49,775 nt of DNA from an uncultured Methanosarcinales archaeon (GTDB lineage Archaea > Nanobdellota > Nanobdellia > Woesearchaeales > CAZXZL01), in assembly GCA_964645415.1 (NCBI GenBank), contig CAZXZL010000001.1:1-49775 (forward strand). Reading direction: 5' to 3'. Positions 12,568 through 22,692 of this stretch are shown one piece after another. Below the pieces are notes generated by a model. It was not told the origin of the DNA and did not search any database. It saw only the letters and a program-made list of their open reading frames with translations. The position numbers and the translations under genes are program-made. Positions within the stretch are counted from its first letter, which is position 1, and every line of letters starts with the position of its first letter.

Positions 12568-14022
12568 ATGGATACTCTTAATAAAAAGAATAGTGAACTT
12601 CTTGATGAATTTGATTTTGATGAAGAAGAAATAGAGTATACTAAAGGTACAAATATAAAAACAGGTTATCCAAAACCTGAACATAGATATAGATTCTTTT
12701 ATAGATCACCTAATGATGAATTAGAAGATATGTATTTTTATTTTATCAATTTTTTAAAAAATGAATTAGGTTATCCAAAAATTGAAAAAATTACTGATGT
12801 TTTTTCTGCAAGTGAACATTCGACTCAATTTGGAGATTCCATGCAAAGAGTTGGAATTCAACAACAAAAAGCAATGGAATTATTAAGAACAATAGGACAA
12901 CTTGTTAAAGAAATTTTCCAACATGTTAGAGACCTTAGGATGGCTGATGAACGATTAAAGTATTATGAAGATTCTAAGGATAAACCATCTGCTGATACTG
13001 CCTTAAAAGGAATCTGGGCGGATACTGTTGATTCAAATGAAAAAACTGGTCAATCTATTTTTTCTTTAGCAAATAAATTAGATTATAGTACACTCCCTAC
13101 TTTTTTCTTTAATATTTATATTAAAAATCGAGATGAAATTGATGAAAAAGTAGAAAGTATTGATATAGACAACAAACAAGTTAAAAGTCTTTTAAAAAGA
13201 AAATTTTATCAATTTCTTAATTGGAAAGAAGAATCAGAAAAACAATTAAAGACTTTTAGAAAATTTCAATTAAACTATTTAAAACAACAATATAATACTA
13301 TTAAATTATATATCAGTTGGTTAAAACCCTATATTACAAATGTTAAGAATTTACAAAGTGATACTTCTCTCAATCAGAAAGCTGAAATGATTAAATCATT
13401 TGAAACATCAAGTATCGAACTTGAGACAATGGGAGTGAAAAAAGATAATGGTTTATATAATTGTCTTCATTTAACATTTGATTATCTTACTAAACCTAAT
13501 GTTGTAACAAATCAAAGACATCAAAAATTTATGACTCACTCTGGTGAAGTTGAAGTTAATATAAGAGGTTATGTTTGGACAGAAGAAGAATACAAAAAAT
13601 TTAAAGAGATGAAAGAAAAGGAAGAACTTGAATTAATTGGATCAATTGATGAATCAATAAAAGAAGCTGTTGATTCTTTAGGTGATGAACTAATGGCATA
13701 TTTGGAAGAAGCCAATAAATATGATAATGAAGAAAATGATGAAGAAAATAAGAAAAATAGTAATGATAAAAAAAATAAAAAACAATTTAATAATCCATTA
13801 AAACCTTTTACTGATGTTTTCTCTGGATTTTATCAACTTGGGAAAATAATGTTTCCATTTAATTTAAGTTCAGGTTCTAGTGATGGTTCAGATAATGAAG
13901 ATTCTGAAAGTAATAATTCAGATGAAGATAAAGATAAGTCAAAAAACATTAAAACCATTAAAAAACATACATTTATTACTTATAATGTCTATAAAAAAAT
14001 ACATGGTTTTGAATCTTGGTAA
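12568..14022 (+). CDS. Hypothetical protein, largely helical (resembles a DPANN-conserved family)
   Basis: 484-aa ORF with typical codon usage; no catalytic motif recognised. Confidence 0.75.
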   Translation: MDTLNKKNSELLDEFDFDEEEIEYTKGTNIKTGYPKPEHRYRFFYRSPNDELEDMYFYFINFLKNELGYPKIEKITDVFSASEHSTQFGDSMQRVGIQQQKAMELLRTIGQLVKEIFQHVRDLRMADERLKYYEDSKDKPSADTALKGIWADTVDSNEKTGQSIFSLANKLDYSTLPTFFFNIYIKNRDEIDEKVESIDIDNKQVKSLLKRKFYQFLNWKEESEKQLKTFRKFQLNYLKQQYNTIKLYISWLKPYITNVKNLQSDTSLNQKAEMIKSFETSSIELETMGVKKDNGLYNCLHLTFDYLTKPNVVTNQRHQKFMTHSGEVEVNIRGYVWTEEEYKKFKEMKEKEELELIGSIDESIKEAVDSLGDELMAYLEEANKYDNEENDEENKKNSNDKKNKKQFNNPLKPFTDVFSGFYQLGKIMFPFNLSSGSSDGSDNEDSESNNSDEDKDKSKNIKTIKKHTFITYNVYKKIHGFESW

Positions 14023-14050
14023 ATTGATTGTTCTAAATTAGAATTAATTT

Positions 14051-14227
14051 TTATTTATCATCAATAACATCAAGCATTAAATCTTTTGAATTTTCATATT
14101 CTGATTGACAATCCTTACAAATAGGATACTCTCTTTTTTTATTCTTTACTACTCTATAAATAAAAGTGCCTTCTATCTTATCAAGATTATTCTTTCTTAT
14201 TTCGTTATTACAAATTTTACATTTCAT
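14051..14227 (-). CDS. Small zinc-finger protein
   Basis: CKIC...CKDC; start overlaps the glycosyltransferase stop. Confidence 0.7.
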   Translation of the reverse strand: MKCKICNNEIRKNNLDKIEGTFIYRVVKNKKREYPICKDCQSEYENSKDLMLDVIDDK

Positions 14228-15338
14228 TTTCAATTACATTAAATATATTTTTAATTGACTCTTTTGTTTTTGGAAAGTTTGGTGGATTATAATTCTTTTC
14301 ATTTTTAAGATACTCTTCTATATTAATATTGTCTTGACTTGATGTATAAAAATAATTATTTTCTTTTAAATAATCTCCTAGATACTCTTGTTCTACTTGT
14401 CCAGGTGTTGGAATTAAGTAACCTTTTTTATTACACTCAATTAAATCCATTACTGTAGTATAACCTGTTCTTCCAATAATATGGTTTGCATTATCAAACA
14501 TAATCTTTTTCAAATCACCCATAATATATGGTATTTTTACAATATTTTCATTTATGAATTCTGGTCTTTTCTTCTTAACATCTCCTGTAACAATTACTGT
14601 TTTTTTATTAATCTCCTTTAATTGTTTTTCAGCTTCTTTTATGAAAGATGGCTTTTTATCTAAAATATAACCGCCCATAATAAAAAGAAATTCTAAATCA
14701 GAAACTATTTTTTTTAATTTACTATTTTTTATTTCATAATTAATATTATCTAAATCATACAATGATGAAAGTATTCCAACAAATTTCTTTTTTCTAGAAT
14801 ATTTCATTACCCCATGACTCATTTTTCCACTAATATTTTTTTTATTAGATTTTATATCTGGAATAATTACTCCATCAAATTGATTTAATAATTTAATATT
14901 TTTTTTAAGAACAACCTTTTCAAATGGCTTTAATAAACTTGGTAGAAGAATTCTAATTTGGTGATTTATAATATATGAAGGGATTTTTTTATTATTAAAA
15001 CCATATCTTCCATCATTTATAATTAAATCATAATCTTTATTTTTTAATAACTTATTAAGAAATCTTCTTTCTCGTTTCATAACATCTTTTAATTTTTTTG
15101 AATCAATAATTAAGTTTGGAATATAATCTAAATCTCCCTTTCCTCTCATGAATTTAGGATAGTCTTGAAATTTGTAATATTTTATTTTATTTTCATATTT
15201 ATTTTTTAGATACTTTAATGAATTTCCATAACAAATTATTGTTATGTTATGTCCTTTTTCAAGAAATTTATCAATGATTGGAATTGTTCTTGTTACATGT
15301 CCCAAACCCAAACTACTAATACCAAATAATACATTCAT
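14217..15338 (-). CDS. GT-B glycosyltransferase (MJ1255/GT28-like)
   Basis: GLGHVTR, DGRYG, RTGYTTVMDL and PTPGQVEQEYL. Confidence 0.88.
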   Translation of the reverse strand: MNVLFGISSLGLGHVTRTIPIIDKFLEKGHNITIICYGNSLKYLKNKYENKIKYYKFQDYPKFMRGKGDLDYIPNLIIDSKKLKDVMKRERRFLNKLLKNKDYDLIINDGRYGFNNKKIPSYIINHQIRILLPSLLKPFEKVVLKKNIKLLNQFDGVIIPDIKSNKKNISGKMSHGVMKYSRKKKFVGILSSLYDLDNINYEIKNSKLKKIVSDLEFLFIMGGYILDKKPSFIKEAEKQLKEINKKTVIVTGDVKKKRPEFINENIVKIPYIMGDLKKIMFDNANHIIGRTGYTTVMDLIECNKKGYLIPTPGQVEQEYLGDYLKENNYFYTSSQDNINIEEYLKNEKNYNPPNFPKTKESIKNIFNVIENEM

Positions 15339-15387
15339 CACATATTATCTTTTTTATTCCTTTTTTAATCTTTCTAAAAAACTTATG

Positions 15388-15401
15388 GAAAGATTTATAA
15401 A
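15388..15401 (+). promoter_or_regulatory. BRE-TATA promoter, probably leaderless transcript
   Basis: GAAAGA-TTTATAAA ending 24 nt before the ATG at 15425. Confidence 0.6.
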
Positions 15402-15424
15402 TAAACTATAAGTTATTTTATAAA

Positions 15425-16903
15425 ATGGGTTGGAGTGTGAAGAAGTTTTTATTTTTGGTAATCTTTTTTTTGGCTTTTAGTGTTGTAGGTTTTGGTTTAG
15501 ATGTTGAAGTATCTCCAATAAGAAATGATATTTTTCTAAATGAATCTGCTATTTTTGAATTTAATGTATATAATAATCAAACAGAGACTAGTGATTATCG
15601 TTTTAGAGTTCAACCTAGCTTTCCAGATTGGTCTATTTTTTCTGATCCTAGTCATGTACATAGTTCTGGTTTTAACTTAGATCCAAATGAGAATAAATCA
15701 TTTAATTTAGAGATTAATCCACTTAGAGATTTAGATCCTAAAAGATACTTATTAAGATATTCTTTTAGAGATAGAAGAACAAATGAAGTAATTGAAAGTG
15801 ATTATCTCTCAATTCGAGTTAAATCTAGAAATATTGAAGATTTATCATATCCTTTAGTAGTTAGATCAAACCTAAACGTTGATGATTTTAATGTTAAGCC
15901 TACTGATGGATTAAATTTTAATTTATTACTTGAAAATAGAAATCCTAGAGATATTGGTGATGTTACTATAAATGTTAAAAGTAATAGATCTTTATTTGAA
16001 GAAGAAATTAAAACTAATTTAGGTCCAAGATTTTCAGATTCTCCAAGAGAAGATTACTTTAAATCAATAGATTTTGAATTTGACTTTGATAAATTTCAAG
16101 AGCCTATTAATGATATTGCTTTCATTGAAGTTCGAGACGAATATGATAATTTAATATTTGAAGATGATTTTTATTATAATATCTTATCTTTTGAAAACAA
16201 AAGTATTGATGAATCAGAGCATATGGAATTTTTAAAATATAATTATAATTTTACTATTGAAAATAATGGGAATGTTCGACAAAATTTTTCCGTAAGGAAA
16301 CCTGTTGATTGGTTTTCTAGAATTTTTGTTAATAGTAGAGGTCATACTTTCATTAGAGAGAATGATCAAACTCTTATCTTATGGGAATGTAGTCTTGAAC
16401 CAGGTCAATCTTGTAGTTCAAAAATGTCTGTTAGTTTCTGGCCTATAATTTATGTTATTTTTGTTCTTGGTATTTTATTTTTCTTGTTTTTAATTTTTGA
16501 ATCTCCTTTAGATATAGAAAAAAGAGTAATTAATAAAGAAATTAACGAAGATGGTAGTATTATTTTAAAATTTAATCTATATATTAAAAATAATGATAAA
16601 AAAGAAGTAAAAGAAGTAAAAGTATATGATACTTTACCTGTAATGGTTTCCTACTTAGATTCAGATGTATTTGGTGCTTTAATGCCAGATGAAGTAATTA
16701 GAAAGGGTAAAAAAGGTAGTTTATTGAAATGGGATATTGGTGTAATGGAACCGCTTGAAGAAAGAATTTTAGCATATAAAGTGAAACTAAAAATGAATGT
16801 TGTTGGAAAGGTTATTCTACCTGGTGGTATTGTTAAATATAGAGGAGTTTTTGATAAATTATTTGAAATAAGCAGTAATAAAGTAGAAGTAGTTCTTGAG
16901 TAA
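15425..16903 (+). CDS. Single-pass membrane protein with Ig-like domains
   Basis: N-terminal signal peptide, beta-rich domains, TM helix near aa 338-358, C-terminal DUF11-like domain (VKVYDTLP...LKWDIG...YKVK). Confidence 0.75.
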   Translation: MGWSVKKFLFLVIFFLAFSVVGFGLDVEVSPIRNDIFLNESAIFEFNVYNNQTETSDYRFRVQPSFPDWSIFSDPSHVHSSGFNLDPNENKSFNLEINPLRDLDPKRYLLRYSFRDRRTNEVIESDYLSIRVKSRNIEDLSYPLVVRSNLNVDDFNVKPTDGLNFNLLLENRNPRDIGDVTINVKSNRSLFEEEIKTNLGPRFSDSPREDYFKSIDFEFDFDKFQEPINDIAFIEVRDEYDNLIFEDDFYYNILSFENKSIDESEHMEFLKYNYNFTIENNGNVRQNFSVRKPVDWFSRIFVNSRGHTFIRENDQTLILWECSLEPGQSCSSKMSVSFWPIIYVIFVLGILFFLFLIFESPLDIEKRVINKEINEDGSIILKFNLYIKNNDKKEVKEVKVYDTLPVMVSYLDSDVFGALMPDEVIRKGKKGSLLKWDIGVMEPLEERILAYKVKLKMNVVGKVILPGGIVKYRGVFDKLFEISSNKVEVVLE

Positions 16904-16962
16904 ACATATTATGATAAAATTTAAATAATTCTTTAAAATTCATTACTTAGTAAGATATTTTT

Positions 16963-17064
<102 letters not shown>

Positions 17065-17186
17065 CCTTCTTTTATTTTTTAAATCTCAAATAATTCTAGT
17101 TCTTAATAGATTATCAAAGTTATTTAAAAAATAATTCTATAATAATATTTATATAATAAAACTTTTACTACATAATAGTATTAAAA

Positions 17187-19085
17187 ATGAAACAATTTAA
17201 AATTTTATTCTTTTTGATGGTATTTATATTATTTTCAACTTCTCTATACTCACATGAGTCTAATTTATCTATTCAAGAAGAAAGAAATTTATTAATAAAT
17301 ACAATTCCAAACGAAGAATTAGTTCTTGATTTTTCTCATTTAGATCCAATCAATGTTAAATATAATAATCCTTTTAGTGAGGAAGGAAAATTTACTCCAA
17401 ATAAATCTAAGATAATTAATTCCACTATTTTTTTAGAATATGACACTTATTTAATTAAATATAATTTAATGATCAATGTTTCAGATGAGAGATCTTTGAG
17501 AGGAGATAGTAAAGAATCTCTACCTAAAATTGAAGCAACAGAAGGAGATACAATTTCTTTTGATTTTGATTTATTTCATCCTGATGGAAAAGAAACTGAA
17601 ATGATTTATTTTGATCCATTAACTGAAAATGGAACTTGGAATACAAAAGTTGGTGACTATGGAAATCATTCATTAAAGTTTGGTATTTATGATGGTATTA
17701 AAATAACTTACCACTATTTTGATGTATATATAAGAGAAAATAAAAATTATCGTTTAAATACTTATGAATTTAATTATACTGTTTATAATGATGAATTAGT
17801 TAATTTAAAAGAAATTATTCTTCATAATACTGAAAAATTAGGTTATGTTGAAGATATTTTTTGTAAACCAGACTCTTGTGAAAATAAAGTTAATGAAAAA
17901 AATAATTTTTTTGAACTAACTGCAACAAATGGATATTATGAAAAACCTGTCTATTTTAATTTTAGTATTTATCCCGAGTCAGAATTTATTTATGATTTTG
18001 AAGACAAATACTTTGTTAAAGAAGGTGATTCTATTTCAATCCCTATTTTAAAAGAAAAAAATAGATTTAATGTTAGTTCTAATTATGGTGATTTCAATGG
18101 AACTCATATTAAATTTGAAACATCAGTTGGTGATGTTAAACATAGATTTATAGATAAATTTATTAGATTATTTGACTCTAATCATCGACCAAGAAAAGAT
18201 CTTTATCTTAAATTAGATTTTGAAAATAATTATGATACATTTTCTAAAAAACTTTTAATTCATATTAATGATAATAAGCCTTTACCTAGTTTTAAAGTAG
18301 ATCGTGTTTCTTTTAATGTTACTGATTATTTTTATTTAGATAATTATGTTAAAAAATTAAATCATTCCTCTACTAATATTAAAGTTGAAGATTGTCCTTT
18401 TAAATATAGATCTTATATTGACTATTTGAATGAAGGAACTTATGATTGTGAATTTATATTATCTGATGGTATTTATAGAAATAAAGAAAATTTAACTATT
18501 GAAATATTTGGAAAAAATAGACCTGCTTATTTTAGATGGCTTAAAGATAGTTATGAAGTCTATGAAGATGATAAAGTAGAGATTAACTTTAATGCCTTTG
18601 ATCCTGATCAAAGAGAATTAGAGTATGATATAGAATTTAATGAAAAAGATTGTATAGACTATAGTGTTGATCATCAAAATAATTTCTTAAAAGTTTCTAC
18701 TGATTATTGTGAAGATTTAAGAGATGGTTATTTTGAAGAGAATATTATATTTAAAGTAAATGATAGTCTCGATGTAACTAAGAAAAATGTCACATTGAGA
18801 GTGAATCATAAAAATAGGCCTCCTATTTTAACACATAAATCTACTGAAGATAGAGTTTTAAGAGATAATTCTATTAAATTTAGTGCAAATTTCTATGACC
18901 GTGATGGTGATGAACTTTCTTATTATTGGAAAGTACAAGGAAATAAAATCAATCATAATGATACTAAAATAAGATTTAGATTTTTAAATCCTTCAAATAA
19001 AAAAGTTGAACTTATTGCTTATGATGGAAAAGACAAATCTACTGCAAAATGGAATGTTCAAGTCTTAGATTGGTATTATCGTTAA
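17187..19085 (+). CDS. Secreted Ig-like/PKD-repeat surface protein
   Basis: Signal peptide; repeated NRP(P/A), DPD, DRDGDELSYYW and AYDG motifs. Confidence 0.78.
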   Translation: MKQFKILFFLMVFILFSTSLYSHESNLSIQEERNLLINTIPNEELVLDFSHLDPINVKYNNPFSEEGKFTPNKSKIINSTIFLEYDTYLIKYNLMINVSDERSLRGDSKESLPKIEATEGDTISFDFDLFHPDGKETEMIYFDPLTENGTWNTKVGDYGNHSLKFGIYDGIKITYHYFDVYIRENKNYRLNTYEFNYTVYNDELVNLKEIILHNTEKLGYVEDIFCKPDSCENKVNEKNNFFELTATNGYYEKPVYFNFSIYPESEFIYDFEDKYFVKEGDSISIPILKEKNRFNVSSNYGDFNGTHIKFETSVGDVKHRFIDKFIRLFDSNHRPRKDLYLKLDFENNYDTFSKKLLIHINDNKPLPSFKVDRVSFNVTDYFYLDNYVKKLNHSSTNIKVEDCPFKYRSYIDYLNEGTYDCEFILSDGIYRNKENLTIEIFGKNRPAYFRWLKDSYEVYEDDKVEINFNAFDPDQRELEYDIEFNEKDCIDYSVDHQNNFLKVSTDYCEDLRDGYFEENIIFKVNDSLDVTKKNVTLRVNHKNRPPILTHKSTEDRVLRDNSIKFSANFYDRDGDELSYYWKVQGNKINHNDTKIRFRFLNPSNKKVELIAYDGKDKSTAKWNVQVLDWYYR

Positions 19086-19124
19086 ATTAGAAACATATAA
19101 AAATGATTAATTCAATATATTTCT

Positions 19125-19784
19125 ATGAATTACCTTAAAGAAGTTATGGAAGATAGGAGAAGCATAAGAAGATTCCTTAATAAACAAGTAGAATGGGAAA
19201 AAGTAGTAAATTTATTACATGCTGGTAATTCAGCTCCAACTGAGGGTAATTTACAAGCGAGAAAATTCATTGTTACAAAAGATGAAGGAATTATCTCAAA
19301 AATCTCTAAGGCATGCTATAATCAAATGTGGATTAATCAAGCATCTTATGTTATTGTAGTTGTTGGTGAGATTAAAAAATCAAATAAATTTTATGAGAGA
19401 GGTGAATTTTATAATACTTTAAGCAGTGGTGCTTGTGTTCAAAATATTCTATTAAAAGCTCATTCTATTGGTTTAGGTGCTTGTTGGGTAAGTGCTTTTG
19501 AAGAAGAAAAAATTAATGATGTATTAAGTATAAAATCTCCAAATAAACCAATGGCAGTAATCCCAATTGGTTATCCTGCTGAAACACCTGTTAAACCTAA
19601 AAAAGAAGATTTATTTGATCAAACATTTATTAATTCTTGGGGTCAAAAAGTACATGATTTAGATTTAAAATATCAAAATTTTAGATATTTAGAGAGAAGC
19701 TTATCTATTTTTGAAAAAATTCTTAATTGGTTGAATAATATTCCTAACTATCTTAAAAATTTCTTTAATAATTTCAATAAATAG
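19125..19784 (+). CDS. Nitroreductase family protein
   Basis: RRSIRRF, APTEGNLQ, QNILLKAHSIGLGACWV and IPIGYP. Confidence 0.93.
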   Translation: MNYLKEVMEDRRSIRRFLNKQVEWEKVVNLLHAGNSAPTEGNLQARKFIVTKDEGIISKISKACYNQMWINQASYVIVVVGEIKKSNKFYERGEFYNTLSSGACVQNILLKAHSIGLGACWVSAFEEEKINDVLSIKSPNKPMAVIPIGYPAETPVKPKKEDLFDQTFINSWGQKVHDLDLKYQNFRYLERSLSIFEKILNWLNNIPNYLKNFFNNFNK

Positions 19785-19843
19785 TTTGTTATCACTTAGT
19801 TAATACAAATGTTTAATAATTTATTTTGTCATATTATTTACAT

Positions 19844-20843
19844 ATGGGTTTCCTTAATAAGTTTAAGTCTATGTTTAGTAAAGTTGGAAGTGGAGATGAT
19901 ATTTATGATTCGCAAGTTCCAACAGTTGATGATTCTTTAATAGGTGATAATGAGGATATTATGAACTCTAATAACTCTAATCGTTCTGAAGAATCTAATT
20001 CTAATAATATTAACAATATTAATAATTTAAATGATATTAATAATTCTAGTAAATCGAATAATAATAATAATAATAATAATAATAACCTTAACAAATCTAA
20101 CAGATCTACTAGTAATAATAATAATAACAATATTAATAACAATAATAACAATAATAATAATAATAATAATAATAATTTTTTAAGTAATTCAAATAAATCA
20201 GACTCTAATGTTAAAAGTAATTCTAATATGTTTAATCATCCAAATAATAACAATAATAACATTAACCAAAACTTAAACTCTTTAGAAGTAATTCCTAATG
20301 CTGCTCCTAAATTGAATTCTAATAAAATAAATAATTCTAATATTCCTAACTTTGGTAAAAATGATGATTCTTTACAAAATAATAATAATAATAATNNNNN
20401 NNNNNNNNNNNNNNNNNNNNNNNNNNNNNNNNNNNNNNNNNNNNNNNNNNNNNNNNNNNNNNNNNNNNNNNNNNNNNNNNNNNNNNNNNNNNNNNAATAA
20501 TAATAATAATAATCAAGCACAATTTAATTCAAGTTTAGCTAAAAGAGATGAAAATAGTCAAAATTCTTTATTTAATGAAAGTTCAGGATATCTTAAAAAT
20601 AATTTATCAAAAAGAAGTATTTACTCAATTAAAACTCCTCTTTATATTGATCTTAACTCATTTGGTAAAGTTTTAGAAGAGATATCTGAAATTGATGATA
20701 CTATTGATGATTTTATTAAAAGTAGTATTAAAGAAAAAGTTGATAAACAAAAAAAATTATATGAGGAATGGATTAATTTAATTGAAGAGACACAAAATAA
20801 TTTTTTAGATGTTGATAGACGTTTTTTTAAAAATCAAAATTAA
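19844..20843 (+). CDS. Poly-Asn protein with C-terminal coiled-coil domain (paralogue 1), spans assembly gap
   Basis: AAT-encoded Asn runs enter and leave the 100-N gap. Joining the two frames is inferred because the gap length is arbitrary. C-terminus PLYIDL...W...VDRRFF. Confidence 0.7.
20058..20513 (+). repeat. (AAT/AAC)n trinucleotide tracts encoding poly-Asn
   Basis: Several runs of 7 or more AAT/AAC codons, two of them flanking the gap. Confidence 0.92.
20396..20495. other. Assembly gap (100 N)
   Basis: Run of N. Confidence 1.
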
Positions 20844-20848
20844 ATAAA

Positions 20849-21079
20849 ATGGATAATAAAAAACCAATGTTTGTTAGAATTAAGGATCATGAAGAGGTTT
20901 TAAATGCAATTAACTCTATGAAAGAAACTCTGTCAAACTCTAATCAACTAATTGAAGAAATTGAAAGTTTAAAGAAAGATGAGGAACAAATGATAGAAGA
21001 TTGGTTTTCTGAGATAGAAGAAATTGAAAATAGAATTAATTTAGTAGATGAAAGCTTATTTGAACCTGATGAAGTTTAA
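20849..21079 (+). CDS. Small coiled-coil protein (paralogue 2)
   Basis: PMFVRI...INSMK...W...VDESLFE. Confidence 0.82.
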   Translation: MDNKKPMFVRIKDHEEVLNAINSMKETLSNSNQLIEEIESLKKDEEQMIEDWFSEIEEIENRINLVDESLFEPDEV

Positions 21080-21111
21080 TTTTTTATTGATGTTTATTTA
21101 GAGGTATTTTC

Positions 21112-21342
21112 ATGGATGATCAAAATAAAATGTTTGTAAGGATTGATGAATATAAAAAAATATTAGATACTATTAATTCTATGAAAAGTAGAATTTCAGA
21201 TTCAAAAGAACTTCTTGAAAAAATTAATAATACTAGAATTGAAGAGAATGAAGAGATTAATCAATGGATATCTAAACTTAAAGATATTGAAGAAAATTTA
21301 ATTTATGTAGATGAAAATATTTTTGAGTCAGGTGATTTATAA
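21112..21342 (+). CDS. Small coiled-coil protein (paralogue 3)
   Basis: KMFVRI...INSMK...W...VDENIFE; GAGGT SD. Confidence 0.82.
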   Translation: MDDQNKMFVRIDEYKKILDTINSMKSRISDSKELLEKINNTRIEENEEINQWISKLKDIEENLIYVDENIFESGDL

Positions 21343-21343
21343 A

Positions 21344-21748
21344 ATGGAAAAATCAAGACATCAAGATGATTTATTTGTTTCTATCGATGAACCTTTAGCA
21401 TTAAGGAAACAAGTTCTTGAATCTTCAAAAACTTTTATTCAAATTATGCATAAATATGATGATTTAATGAAAATAAGAAAAGAAAAATTAAAAAAAATTT
21501 CAAAACTAAAAGAAAATATTTCTGGTTTGAAAAATATGCTAAATAAAGTTAAAAGAAGACTTCCAGATACACCTGGAAATAAAATAAATACCAAAAAATC
21601 ACGTTCTCATTCAAAAAATTATTCTTCAAATAAAAATTCTAATGATTTAAGTCATGAAGATGATGATGAAGATAAAGTAGAAAAAATTGAAAAAGAGTTA
21701 AGTGATATTGAATCTGAATTAAATGAAATCAATGATTTAATTACTTAA
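21344..21748 (+). CDS. Coiled-coil protein (more distant paralogue 4)
   Basis: LFVSIDEP, long helix, low-complexity linker and C-terminal helix; AGGTGA SD supports the start at 21344. Confidence 0.78.
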   Translation: MEKSRHQDDLFVSIDEPLALRKQVLESSKTFIQIMHKYDDLMKIRKEKLKKISKLKENISGLKNMLNKVKRRLPDTPGNKINTKKSRSHSKNYSSNKNSNDLSHEDDDEDKVEKIEKELSDIESELNEINDLIT

Positions 21749-22427
21749 ATATACTTTTCACTATCTCTTTAGTATATAATATAATCCCTTTTGTTTTATT
21801 TTTTGTTGGATTGAACTTTTCTTTCTTTTTATGAACAGAATATATTCTTGCTTGATTTATTACATGTATCTGTTGTGTTAATGATGGATCAAGATTTACT
21901 TGTTTTTTCTTTAATTTAGCGATTAATTTTCCTAAACCAATACCTGGTGCTTTTTCAAGTAAGTCATTATTTGTTTTTTCATAATATAATCTATGAAGTG
22001 ATGTTTCAAGTACTCTTGCACACATTATTATACTTGCTTTATAACATTTATTTTTATAACATCTTTCAATTTCTTTTATATCGTCTATCATTTCACTTTT
22101 TAATTCATTTGGGATATTTAACTTTTCTATTTCAAATAATTCTATAGAATCTTTTTTATTAAATTTTATTTGATTTAAAATTATTTTTATTTCTTTTTTA
22201 TTCTTTTTATTTAATACATCTTTTATTTTTCTTTTATTTTGTTTTAATTCTTTTAAGTTATTTTCTTCTTCAATAGACTTAATTTCTTCATCTACTTCTT
22301 TTTTTATATCTCTTAATTTTTTTTTAAACTTATTGAAATCCTTTCTATTTTTACTTTCTAATAGTTTCTTTACTTCTTTTAATTTTTCATACTTACTTTT
22401 TTCCTTTTGTTTGTTAAAACTTAACAT
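21741..22427 (-). CDS. DUF4145-like (HEPN-like) domain protein
   Basis: C-terminal ASIIMCARVLE...LGKLI...RIYSVH (Rx4H); Lys-rich helical N-terminus. Confidence 0.7.
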   Translation of the reverse strand: MLSFNKQKEKSKYEKLKEVKKLLESKNRKDFNKFKKKLRDIKKEVDEEIKSIEEENNLKELKQNKRKIKDVLNKKNKKEIKIILNQIKFNKKDSIELFEIEKLNIPNELKSEMIDDIKEIERCYKNKCYKASIIMCARVLETSLHRLYYEKTNNDLLEKAPGIGLGKLIAKLKKKQVNLDPSLTQQIHVINQARIYSVHKKKEKFNPTKNKTKGIILYTKEIVKSIFK

Positions 22428-22533
22428 ATTAAGAAAGTGTATATTCTCTTTTAAAAGTTTATTTATTAATTAGTATATAGTATATTTTAGTATTATTTTT
22501 GAACTATTTAATCATAATAATAATCATAATAAT

Positions 22534-22633
22534 NNNNNNNNNNNNNNNNNNNNNNNNNNNNNNNNNNNNNNNNNNNNNNNNNNNNNNNNNNNNNNNNNNN
22601 NNNNNNNNNNNNNNNNNNNNNNNNNNNNNNNNN
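22534..22633. other. Assembly gap (100 N)
   Basis: Run of N preceded by AAT/CAT repeats. Confidence 1.
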
Positions 22634-22692
22634 ATTAGATTCATCGTATAAAGAATAACACAAAAATCTAATATTTTGTTTTGATTAGAAAA

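Noticed and set aside
20352..20500. Frameshift or pseudogene in the poly-Asn gene
   Set aside because: The frame change coincides with a placeholder gap of 100 N
19903..20520. Poly-Leu ORFs on the minus strand
   Set aside because: Antisense shadow of the AAT repeats
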